Origin: an uncultured Nitrospiraceae bacterium
GTDB lineage: Bacteria > Nitrospirota > Nitrospiria > Nitrospirales > Nitrospiraceae
Length of the DNA stretch: 64,000 nt
Assembly: GCA_963846575.1 (NCBI GenBank)
Contig: CAWJWJ010000002.1
Location: 2,304,001-2,368,000 of the forward strand
Reading direction: 5' to 3'
The notes under the pieces were generated by a model. It was not told the DNA's origin, ran no database searches, and saw only the letters and a program-made list of their open reading frames with translations. The position numbers and the translations under genes were made by a program. Below are positions 1 to 10,158 of the stretch, piece by piece; the first letter of the stretch is position 1; each line of letters begins with the position of its first letter.

Positions 1-1343
1 TGCCGGTTCGCTCGTCGGCACTGGCGGCCATCCTGCCTGCCGCGCGCCGCCGAACCATAGGCCCTCGACCCATGCGGGCCCGCCGCGACCAGCCAGTCCT
101 CGCGACGGAACAACAAACCCCCGACGGCAAGGAGATGGCGGTGGTCGCGTGGGTCGCAATGGCTATAACCGGTCAGGATGTGCAATCGGCCATTGTCTCC
201 ATCGCCGATTTGCGGCGCCAGCCCGTTGGGTTTCATATAGGCCTGCACGAAGTCGCACATCTTTTCCAGACGACTGTAAAACGCATCGGGCAAATCTATG
301 CCGTGTTGGCGACAGAGCCAAGCGGAGGACAGAAACATTTCCGTCACCAGGCGGTGATACGAGAGACTCGATTCATAATGGACGCCATCGGGAAGCACCT
401 CCCGGTTCATCTCGCGCACTAGTTCACCCAGAGCAAACGTGCGCCAACGGTCGGCTTCATGCACCTCTTTCAGACACAATCCTAGGTAGAGCAAACCCAC
501 GACATCCGCCAGATAGTGATTGGTCGTCACCCCATCATCACGCAGTTCCAGATTGGCCATGAGATGCCGGCCATGCACGACCAACATGGCGAGGACTTCA
601 GCAAACCAGGCGTCGTCCACCTCCGGTGATTCCGCGACGAGTGCCAGTGTCCACAGCCAATTGACCGCGCGAATCGCCACCTCCATCGGGCAAGCCCAGT
701 TTACCCCGCAACCAGGCTGATTGGCTGCCATCCAACTGGTCAACTGCGCCACACATTCGGAGGCATATTTTGATTTTCCGGTCAGGAGCGCCGCCTGAGC
801 CAGTAGCACCAGATGGTGGCATCGGGACAGTTCCCATGGCACCTTGATATCCACGCCGGCATCATGGCCATGAGCGACGTCCAGGAAACAGAGATCGGGA
901 TTCCATCGATACCCGCTTTTGAAATCCAGATGCCAATCGATCGTTATGCCCAATGCCACCGGGCCGGATCCCAACAGGTCAAATACATGGTCGCAGACCT
1001 TGTCGGCGGATTCGAGGGTCGAGTCCAAAAGACCTGGCGTCCGTTGCTGATAGAGCGCCCGAATCACCGGCCCATCGTGAGTCGAGGCTGGGAGGCGATG
1101 CACGAGTGTGTTCCTCATCCGGGCCACCACAGCGCGGACGTCCCCTGCCGTAGCCCCGACTGCGGTCGCCAGGGTTGAGCTGTCCACCCGGCAGGACTGA
1201 CGAACAACTCGAAACCGATGCCAACGAGTGAGTAGCGGGCGAAGGAGCTTGCGGATGCCCATGCAAAGCGTGGCACGAGGTCCTATGGCTCGAACCTTCG
1301 ACCGGAGGCGATCCGCAAACTCAATTCCAGCATCGTCACTCAT
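1..1343 (-). CDS. Heparinase II/III family protein (runs off the window end; absent from the ORF track)
   Basis: Manual translation from ATG 1343 (MSDDAGIEF...) is open to the window edge. It contains IDWHLDFKSGYRW, DIKVPWELSRCHHL, GVNWACPMEVAIRAVNW, TNHYLADVVG, LPDGVHYESSLSYHRLV and PQIGDGDNG, typical of heparinase II/III-like proteins of polysaccharide loci. Possible 1-nt indel near 70, where another frame reads WVEGLWFGG. Confidence 0.85.
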   Translation of the reverse strand, partial: MSDDAGIEFADRLRSKVRAIGPRATLCMGIRKLLRPLLTRWHRFRVVRQSCRVDSSTLATAVGATAGDVRAVVARMRNTLVHRLPASTHDGPVIRALYQQRTPGLLDSTLESADKVCDHVFDLLGSGPVALGITIDWHLDFKSGYRWNPDLCFLDVAHGHDAGVDIKVPWELSRCHHLVLLAQAALLTGKSKYASECVAQLTSWMAANQPGCGVNWACPMEVAIRAVNWLWTLALVAESPEVDDAWFAEVLAMLVVHGRHLMANLELRDDGVTTNHYLADVVGLLYLGLCLKEVHEADRWRTFALGELVREMNREVLPDGVHYESSLSYHRLVTEMFLSSAWLCRQHGIDLPDAFYSRLEKMCDFVQAYMKPNGLAPQIGDGDNGRLHILTGYSHCDPRDHRHLLAVGGLLFRREDWLVAAGPHGSRAYGSAARGRQDGRQCRRANR

Positions 1344-1435
1344 CCGGCACCAATACGAAGATTTATGTACGGCCACGCATGACTCGATCCACGACGTTGA
1401 GGGTCGGGAGTCACTGGGCCGTCCCTTTGCGATGA

Positions 1436-3334
1436 CTACGCAAGATACTCCTTCCACCAGAGCGCGAGATTGAAGAGATACCAACTGCGGGGATCTCGCT
1501 GCTCGCGCACCAACTGCAACACGGCCGCTTTGTCCAAGAGCCCGCTACGGTCGCAAAACTCCGTCAGGGTCTCCTGCATCGCCACACCAAGTCGGTCCCG
1601 CATCCACTCATGCACCGGTACACCGAATCCCTGCTTCGGACGATCGATGATGGCATCGGGAATGACACCCCGCACAGCCTGTTTGAGCAAAGTCTTGACC
1701 ACCCCGCCTCTGGTCTTCACGCTTTCGGGGATACTCATTGCCAATTGTACGAATTCATGATCGAGAAACGGCACGCGGGCTTCCAAACTTGCGCCCATGC
1801 TCATCTTGTCCACCCGCATCAACAAGAGTTCGGGAAGTCTGAAATTGAGGTCGAGATAACTCATCCATTGGAGCGGTCCCTTTTCCCAAGCTTTGGACTC
1901 GAATCGTTCATGGATCGGCCGGATGGCATCCCAGGAGGTCAGGTTTCGGAAACGTCGTCGCAAGCTCGGCGACAAGAGTCGCTGTTTTAAGGCCTCCGGA
2001 AAGGCTTCGGCGCCGCCCCAAAAGACTGGTTGATGAGCGGCCCCTCGCCGCAACCGTTCATAATGAAAGCTCTCGCCTTGGCCTATCCATTGCAGACCGC
2101 ACAGCCCGAGTCGCTTGAGCAGTGAAGGGACTGGCCAATGGTTCCACTCTTCTAGCTTCTTGAATGTCTTCCAGGCCGGATAGCCCCAGAATAATTCGTC
2201 AGCTCCCTCGCCGACCTGACAGACGATCACGCCCCGCTCACGCGCCAATTGCGACACATAGTACACGGGCACGCAAACGGGATCCGCAATCGGCTCGTCC
2301 TGCAACGCTACCATTCGAGGCAGGAAGGTGAGGAGATCATCCAGCGACAGCAGTCGTTCATGGTGCTCCGCGCCAACCCTGTCGGCCATCAACCGTGCGT
2401 ACTCAAGCTCATTGCGATAACTTTGATAGGCTCCGTCGTATCCGATCGTAAAAGTTCTCACAGGGTGCGACTCACCCTGCGAGAACAACGCTGCGTTGGT
2501 ACTGGAATCGATGCCCCCGGACAGAAACACACCGACCGGCACGTCGCTCACTTTGCGTAGCGCGACTGACTCACGTAGTTGGGCCAGCACACGCGCCGAA
2601 ATATCCGCGTCCGAGTGTCCTCTGAGGGGCGACGTGTGGTCCAAGACATCCCAGTAGCGACGCTCTTCCATGGTGCCGTCCGCGCGGATGCGCAGCCAGG
2701 TTCCTCCCGGGAGCTTATTGATTCCCTCAAAGAGCGTCTGTGGCGCCGGGGTGGTCAGGAATGAAAGATAATGAAAGAGAGATTCTTCATGAAGCGACCG
2801 AGGTTGCTCCGGGTCCTGGAGCAACGCCTTGATCTCGGAGGCGAAAGTCAGCCGTCCGTGGTGCCGGCTATAATAGAGCGGTTTGACTCCGATACGGTCG
2901 CGGATCAACCACAGTTCCTGGCGTCGCACATCCCACAGGGCGATCGCAAACATGCCTCGAAACCTCGACAAACAGTCGATACCCCAGGTTTCGAAAGCAT
3001 GGAGAATGACCTCGGTATCCGAGTGGTCGGTCCGCCAGCGGTGCCCCCCCAGCGTCTCGAGTTCGCGCCTTATGGAGGCATGATTGTAGATTTCTCCGTT
3101 AAACGTGACCCATAGGGTCTCGTCCTCGTTCGCCATCGGTTGCCCGGCCGCTTCGGCCAGATCGATGATGGAGAGCCGCCGATGTCCGAGACCGATTCGG
3201 CCATTAGCGCCGATCCAGAGCCCGGCCCCGTCAGGCCCTCGGTGGACCATGCTGTCCCGCATCCGCGTCAGGTAAGGCTCGGAAAGGCGGAACGGGCCTC
3301 CATCGAAGACCAGTGCCCCGACTAGACCACACAT
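1436..3334 (-). CDS. asnB: Asparagine synthase (glutamine-hydrolysing) family amidotransferase, probably amidating polysaccharide sugars
   Basis: N-terminal MCG Ntn nucleophile, HRGPD, GHRRLSIIDL, FNGEIYN, FLSGGIDSS, GEGADELF, SLEARVPFLD, RPKQGF. Confidence 0.93.
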   Translation of the reverse strand: MCGLVGALVFDGGPFRLSEPYLTRMRDSMVHRGPDGAGLWIGANGRIGLGHRRLSIIDLAEAAGQPMANEDETLWVTFNGEIYNHASIRRELETLGGHRWRTDHSDTEVILHAFETWGIDCLSRFRGMFAIALWDVRRQELWLIRDRIGVKPLYYSRHHGRLTFASEIKALLQDPEQPRSLHEESLFHYLSFLTTPAPQTLFEGINKLPGGTWLRIRADGTMEERRYWDVLDHTSPLRGHSDADISARVLAQLRESVALRKVSDVPVGVFLSGGIDSSTNAALFSQGESHPVRTFTIGYDGAYQSYRNELEYARLMADRVGAEHHERLLSLDDLLTFLPRMVALQDEPIADPVCVPVYYVSQLARERGVIVCQVGEGADELFWGYPAWKTFKKLEEWNHWPVPSLLKRLGLCGLQWIGQGESFHYERLRRGAAHQPVFWGGAEAFPEALKQRLLSPSLRRRFRNLTSWDAIRPIHERFESKAWEKGPLQWMSYLDLNFRLPELLLMRVDKMSMGASLEARVPFLDHEFVQLAMSIPESVKTRGGVVKTLLKQAVRGVIPDAIIDRPKQGFGVPVHEWMRDRLGVAMQETLTEFCDRSGLLDKAAVLQLVREQRDPRSWYLFNLALWWKEYLA

Positions 3335-3480
3335 GACAAGGGGTTCCTAACGTCCACGATGGTAAAGAAACCTGCCCGAGGTGACGAGGGTCGACCAGGA
3401 AGGGAAGAACCTGGCGGAAAGATACGCGTGGTCGCGCCCGTCAGCCTGTGCTGCAGCAGAGCGGCCTCGGCGGAGGCGCT

Positions 3481-4431
3481 TCATTTCGCACCGGCTTGAG
3501 AATTGCCCACACGCTGCCGGTACCATCCATAGGCTTGGCGCAAACCGTCCGGCAGGGTGATCGCAGGCTTCCAGCCAAAGGCGTGAATGCGACTACAGTC
3601 CATCAACTTCCTCGGCATTCCATCCGGCTTGGTGCGGTCCCAATGTATCTCCCCACGATATCCAACCACCTCCGCAATCAGCACCGCCAGGTCGGCAATT
3701 GTGATTTCCTTTCCCGCGCCGACATTCACGATCATGGGATCTGAATAACGATCCATCAGAAAGACACAAGCCTCCGCACAATCGTCTACATGCAGAAACT
3801 CCCGCAGGGGCGATCCGGAACCCCACAGCGTGGGAGGATTGCCCCGCTCGCGCGCCTCGTGAAATCGCCTGATCAACGCCGCCAGCACATGCGAATGCTG
3901 CAAATCGAAATTATCGTTCGGGCCATAGAGATTGGTCGGCATGGCGGCGATGAAATCACACCCGTACTGTCGCCGGTAGGCCTGGCACATCTTGATGCCG
4001 GCGATCTTCGCCACGGCATACCACTCATTGGTCGGTTCGAGCGGCCCGGTCAAAAGATACTCTTCCTTCATCGGCTGCGGAGAGTCCCGTGGATAGATGC
4101 AGGAGGATCCGAGCAAAAGCAGCTTTTTCACTCCATGGACGCAAGCCTGATGGATGACATTGGTCTGAATCGCCAGGTTGTCATAAATAAAGTCGGCGGG
4201 GAACGTGCTGTTCGCCAAAATCCCCCCCACCTTGGCTGCGGCCAGAAAGACGTACTCCGGTTTAGCCTCCGCAAAAAATGAGGCAACCTGCGCGCCGTCC
4301 CGTAGGTCCAGTTCCTTGCTGTTCCGAACAATCAAATTCTCAAACCCGCTGGCCGTGAGAGTCCGCAGAATTGCAGACCCGACCATCCCGCAATGCCCGG
4401 CAATGTAAATACGCGCATGCTTGTCCATCAC
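3481..4431 (-). CDS. fcl: GDP-L-fucose synthase
   Basis: AGHCGMVGSA, AAAKVGGILAN, LGSSCIYP, YAVAKIAG, PTNLYGPNDNF, WGSGSPLREFLHVDD, KPDGMPRK; lies directly downstream of gmd. Confidence 0.95.
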   Translation of the reverse strand: MMDKHARIYIAGHCGMVGSAILRTLTASGFENLIVRNSKELDLRDGAQVASFFAEAKPEYVFLAAAKVGGILANSTFPADFIYDNLAIQTNVIHQACVHGVKKLLLLGSSCIYPRDSPQPMKEEYLLTGPLEPTNEWYAVAKIAGIKMCQAYRRQYGCDFIAAMPTNLYGPNDNFDLQHSHVLAALIRRFHEARERGNPPTLWGSGSPLREFLHVDDCAEACVFLMDRYSDPMIVNVGAGKEITIADLAVLIAEVVGYRGEIHWDRTKPDGMPRKLMDCSRIHAFGWKPAITLPDGLRQAYGWYRQRVGNSQAGAK

Positions 4432-5460
<1,029 letters not shown>

Positions 5461-5670
5461 TCATGTACCAACGAGCGAACGCCCGACAACCTGGCATTCA
5501 TGCTTGCGACGAAAGACCTTTCACCTTTGATCAATATCTGACGTCCTGTCAAGACGAGAGGACGTCAGCCCGGCAGCGGCATCATCCTCGGTGCTTTCGA
5601 CGCAATTCGCCCGGTCCCGCACATCCGGGAGCGGGGCCGTCTCCTTCCATGAGCTGCGCCCTGGTGACCG

Positions 5671-6920
5671 TCACGTCCCTACGGCCGCCAACAACCAGAA
5701 AACGTGCGCCAAGCTACCCATGAACATATAGTCGAAAAAGTTCCTAATTCCAAATCCGAGCACAGCAATCCGACGCCTGCCGCCATCACGGTCTCGTATC
5801 TGCTTGGATTGGTATCCAGGAGACGGACGTCAGGCGTCGCAGGAGGGCTACAAAGATCCATCCAAAACTCAGAACAGCCGGAATGCCGCTTCCAACAGCT
5901 ACCATAAGAAACGTGTTATGCATCGCAGGTATCACACGCTCACGTTCAGGCTTACGGGCCTGAACCTCTAGCGAGTATTGGGGAAACTTTTTAATGAATG
6001 AATCGTTGCCATAACCAATCCCGACAAGCGAATGAGCCATCACTTTTCCAAACCAATTGTCCACACGGCCAGCCTCGTATTGGCAGTGTTGGCACCCACC
6101 GTTTCGTTCTGAAATCCCGTCTGAGACAGGATTAACAATCCCACCCCGTTAGCACCATGAAACCCCCAACACCAAGGGCAAGCCGGCGTCCCCCGACCAT
6201 GAGGGCGAGGGTCACTCCTTGCGCGGCGTGCCCAAGCCATCCGCCACGGGTGTAGGAAAACAGCTGCGCGGCGACCGTGAGGACAAGAGCCAGTAGCTGG
6301 GCTCCACGGATCCAGGCGGCACGGGCCATGACGACAAGGGCGCCGATGACAGGAACCGTCATCACCATGTAGGTGCTGAGCCAGTTGTAATCGGAGCCGA
6401 AGGCCTGGGCCCGTACAAAACGATCCCGCCATGTCCCTCCCCGGGACACAAACTCGTTGACCGCGTAGGCAGCCAGAATAGTTCCCCCCACAGCCAGAGA
6501 CCAAAGGACATATTGCGGCAACTTTGCCTGGCGCTGCCGGTCCAAGACCAGCAACGCCCAGTAAAACACGCCGGCCTGAGCAACGAACTTTTTCCATTCG
6601 GCAAAACTGTAGGCGGGATCAGTCGCGAAGGGCACAGTGCAGAGCACCCAGAGGATGAAGAGCCAGAGGGGAAGGTCCAACGGATTTCGGATCCAGGGAC
6701 TCACCTTCTCCAGCCAACAGACACCCACACAGAGTACCGACAGAATGATAATCGTATGCTCCTGAATCCGAAAGAGCATGGGGAAAAAACTCGTACAGGC
6801 GACCACGATCAGGATGTAGCTTTGGAACCGCCAGAACAGCGCATGCCCGGAATCCCGACGCGCACTCTCCGCGCCGGACCTCGTCGCGGCGTCGGATGCT
6901 GACGAGACCGAAGCGCTCAT
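5671..6920 (-). CDS. O-antigen ligase / polymerase (Wzy_C) family membrane protein, frameshifted in its 3' third
   Basis: Multi-TM protein with RAQAFGSDYN and SYTRGGW. Shifted frames then give NTRLAVW, GIGYGNDSF, AMHNTFL and RNFFDYMFMGS. Indels near 6170-6050 and 5800-5750; both ends approximate. Confidence 0.75.
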
Positions 6921-7226
6921 AGGATCAGCAGCGATGGCGTCACCATTGCAGATAAAAGCCAATACGTCATAGGCACCGTGGTCTTCCCCAGGCCGGCTCA
7001 GCGGTGGAGCAATTTAAGTATGCTGAGCCCGTCGCCCGCATTGCCTCCGACGGTCCATCTCCCACAGCAGCATCTCCTGCTTCCGTGAACCCATGATACG
7101 GGTGCACGGAAGGTGGATTAGAGCCCCAGGTGTTGCGGCGAAACTGACGTGCGAAAGGAACGGACGCACGAATCTGAGCTCGGGATGCAACTGCATACAC
7201 GACGGCACAGGACTCAGCGGGATCGC

Positions 7227-7255
7227 AGTATAGAGCAATCATCCGGCCTCCACAA
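7227..7255 (-). promoter_or_regulatory. Putative sigma70 promoter about 300 nt upstream of the O-antigen-ligase-like gene
   Basis: Minus strand TTGTGG-N17-TATACT. Confidence 0.35.
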
Positions 7256-7337
7256 CAAAGGAGGCCGTCATGTTTAGCTGGATCTGCCGATCTGACCGGA
7301 ACAGCATAGGACATGGCTTGAGGGATGCGGACTGGGG

Positions 7338-8204
7338 CTATGACGCACAGGAGGAAACCGGAGTGCGGGGAGCATTCGGCAGTGCCTTCATAAAGCGCTG
7401 CAGGCCGTCCTGCCAGGCAGGCATGCGGAAGCCAAGCTGATGGAGACGGTCTGCCGACAACACGGAATAGGCCGGTCGCTTCGCCGGTCTCGGCATCTCT
7501 CCCGTGGTAATCGGCTCGACGGGAACCCTCGAGCCCGACAACCGGACGATCTCCGAGGCAAACTCATGCCACGTGCAGGAGCCTTCGTTGGTGACGTGCA
7601 CGATGCCCCGTACCGGATGCACCAGCAAATTGCCGATCATCCCGGCCAGGTCTTCCGCAAAGGTCGGACTGCCGCGTTGATCCCCCACGACTTTCAAGCT
7701 GGGCCGCTCGGCGGCGAGTTGCAGGATGGTCTTCACGAAGTTCTTGCCCTGCCGTCCATAGAGCCAGGCGGTGCGCACGACCAGAGTATTCTCACAGCAG
7801 GCCAGCGCCCGTTCCTCACCGGCGCGCTTGGATGCACCATAAACACCGAGGGGATTGACAGGATCGGTTTCGGCATAGGGGACTGTGCCTTGTCCGTCGA
7901 AGACATAGTCGGTCGAGATATACATCAGCCTGGCGCCGGTCTTGGCCGCCGCCCGGGCCACGCGCTCCGTCCCGTCGGCATTGACCGCCATGGCCAACCC
8001 GGGGTTGCGCTCCGCCCCATCCACATCCGTGTAGGCGCCGGCATGGATCACGGCCTCCGGTGCCGCGTCGATGATCGCCTGCGCGCAGTCTGGGCCGTTC
8101 AGATCGAACGCCGGGAGATCCAGCGCCGTCAGCTGATGTCCCCGCAACACCTCCCGCAACTCGGCTCCCAACTGTCCTTGAGCGCCCGTAATTACGATTC
8201 GCAC
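7338..8204 (-). CDS. rmlD: dTDP-4-dehydrorhamnose reductase
   Basis: ITGAQGQLG, AYTDVDGAE, ISTDYVFDG, YGASKRAGE, RTAWLYG, DQRGSPT, AKRPAYSVL. Confidence 0.95.
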   Translation of the reverse strand: MRIVITGAQGQLGAELREVLRGHQLTALDLPAFDLNGPDCAQAIIDAAPEAVIHAGAYTDVDGAERNPGLAMAVNADGTERVARAAAKTGARLMYISTDYVFDGQGTVPYAETDPVNPLGVYGASKRAGEERALACCENTLVVRTAWLYGRQGKNFVKTILQLAAERPSLKVVGDQRGSPTFAEDLAGMIGNLLVHPVRGIVHVTNEGSCTWHEFASEIVRLSGSRVPVEPITTGEMPRPAKRPAYSVLSADRLHQLGFRMPAWQDGLQRFMKALPNAPRTPVSSCAS

Positions 8205-9220
8205 GCCGTCCCTTTCTGCAACCGCGCGGCATATTGCTGCTGATAGTAGTCCTTGAACTCACCCGACTTGATGGTGCGCCACCACGTGTCATGCGTGCGG
8301 TACCATTCGACCGTCTGCTTCAGTCCCTCTTCGAACGGCACCCGTGGCGACCAGCCCAGGGCGCGCAGCCGGCTGCAATCGATCGAATAGCGGCGATCGT
8401 GCCCCGGACGGTCCTGCACCAGCCGGATGAGCGACGGAGACGTCCCCAGCGCCGCGACGATCTGTTCGGCCACCGTCCGGTTCTCGCGTTCATTCCCGCC
8501 GCCGACGTTGTAGACGGTCCCCGGCTGGCCCTGCTCCAACACGTGTACGATGCCCGCCGCATGGTCGTACACCGAGAGCCAATCCCGGCAGTTCTTTCCG
8601 TCTCCGTAGAGCGGCAGCGGCTGCCCCTCGATCGCATTGGTGATGAACAGCGGGATGAACTTCTCCGGATACTGGTTCGGCCCGTAGGTGTTGCTCCCGC
8701 GCGTCACCAGCACCGGAAACCGGTAGGTGGTCCAGTAACTCAACACCAGCAGATCTCCGCCGGCCTTGCTCGCCGAATAGGGACTGCGAGGCTCCAGCCG
8801 GTCGTCTTCTTTGGAACTCCCCTGCTCGACGCTGCCATAGACCTCATCCGTGCTGACTTGCAGGAAGCGCTCGACCCCGGCCTGGCGGGCCTCCTCCAGC
8901 AAAATGCCCGTGCCCACCACATCCGTCCTCGCGAATGCCCCGGGGTCGAGGATCGATCGGTCGACATGGGTTTCCGCGGCGCAATTGATGATGCGTTCGA
9001 TCCGGTGCTCCCGGAGGAGGCTGTGGACCAGCTTCTGATCGCAGATGTCGCCGTGCACGAAACGGTACTGCGGATGGCCCACCAGATCCGCGAGATTTTC
9101 CAGATTGCCGGAATACTTCAGCGCGTCGAGGTTGACGACGGCGTGGCGGCCGCCCTCGACCAAGCGGCGCACGAGATGCGATCCGATGAAGCCAGCCCCG
9201 CCCGTCACGAGAATACGCAT
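8192..9220 (-). CDS. rmlB: dTDP-glucose 4,6-dehydratase
   Basis: MRILVTGGAGFIGS (ATG overlaps the rmlA stop as TAATG), AAETHVDRSI, VSTDEVYG, PYSASKA, QYPEKFIP, DRPGHDRRY. Confidence 0.95.
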   Translation of the reverse strand: MRILVTGGAGFIGSHLVRRLVEGGRHAVVNLDALKYSGNLENLADLVGHPQYRFVHGDICDQKLVHSLLREHRIERIINCAAETHVDRSILDPGAFARTDVVGTGILLEEARQAGVERFLQVSTDEVYGSVEQGSSKEDDRLEPRSPYSASKAGGDLLVLSYWTTYRFPVLVTRGSNTYGPNQYPEKFIPLFITNAIEGQPLPLYGDGKNCRDWLSVYDHAAGIVHVLEQGQPGTVYNVGGGNERENRTVAEQIVAALGTSPSLIRLVQDRPGHDRRYSIDCSRLRALGWSPRVPFEEGLKQTVEWYRTHDTWWRTIKSGEFKDYYQQQYAARLQKGTACES

Positions 9221-9954
9221 TAAAACTCCATCCGGTTCGCGCCGGTCCTGGCCACCAGCTCGTTGGCCGCGAGCAGGGATTCGATCGTGCCCGCATCCGT
9301 CCACCAGCCCTCCAGCGGATCCCACGTCAGCTCTCCGGCCTGAATGTAGGCATTGTTGACGTCCGTGATCTCCAGTTCTCCTCGTCCGGATGGTGTCAAC
9401 GTCCTGGTGATGTCGAACACGCGGGCATCGTAGAAATAGATGCCGGTCACCGCGTAGGAGGATCGGGGTTGGGCCGGCTTTTCCTCGATGCCCAACACCC
9501 GCTTTCCGTCGAGCAACGGGACTCCGAACCGCTGCGGGTCCTTCACTTCCTTGAGCAGGATCTTGGCACCGGTCTTCTGGGCCCGGAAGGCCTCCGCCGC
9601 CTTGGCGATGTTGCCCTGGATCAGATTGTCACCGAGCACCACGCAGATCGGACCCTGGTCGGCAAAATGTTCCGCCAGCCGCAAGGCGTCGGCAATGCCG
9701 CCCTCCCCCTGCTGGTAGGTATAGCTGAGATGCTTCAAGCCAAAGTCTTTCCCGTTCCCCAGTAATTTCAGAAAATCGCCTGCGCTGTTGCCTCCCGTCA
9801 CCAGCATGACCTCGGTGATCCCGGCGTTCACGAGCGTTTGAATCGGGTAGTAGATCATCGGCTTGTCGTAGACCGGCAAGAGATGTTTGTTCGTCACTTT
9901 GGTCAGAGGCAGCAGTCTGGAACCGAGGCCTCCTGCGAGCACGACACCCTTCAT
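9220..9954 (-). CDS. rmlA: Glucose-1-phosphate thymidylyltransferase (short RmlA/SpsI-type)
   Basis: GVVLAGGLGSRLLPLT, NKHLLPVYDKPMIYYP, LGDN, IEEKP, PSGRGELEITD, WTDAGT. Confidence 0.9.
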   Translation of the reverse strand: MKGVVLAGGLGSRLLPLTKVTNKHLLPVYDKPMIYYPIQTLVNAGITEVMLVTGGNSAGDFLKLLGNGKDFGLKHLSYTYQQGEGGIADALRLAEHFADQGPICVVLGDNLIQGNIAKAAEAFRAQKTGAKILLKEVKDPQRFGVPLLDGKRVLGIEEKPAQPRSSYAVTGIYFYDARVFDITRTLTPSGRGELEITDVNNAYIQAGELTWDPLEGWWTDAGTIESLLAANELVARTGANRMEF

Positions 9955-10158
9955 TCGTCACCGCCCACGGTCACCAGGCCATTGAATCGATCAGGCATTG
10001 TTTTCTCCGTCGCGGGATTTACCGAGGGACCGTCGATCCCCTGGATCTTAGCGTTTCGTGCTGCGTTCAAACCAGAAAATTCAATCATGCCGCCGGAACG
10101 ACCGTCTCGCTCCTCGGATCGATCCCTTCCGGATGCCCCATAATTCTGCTTTCTGCGT

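Noticed and set aside
5527..5540. FNR-like site TTGAT-CAAT-ATCTG upstream of gmd
   Set aside because: The right half matches only 3 of 5 positions, there is no clear promoter geometry, and the region is error-prone.
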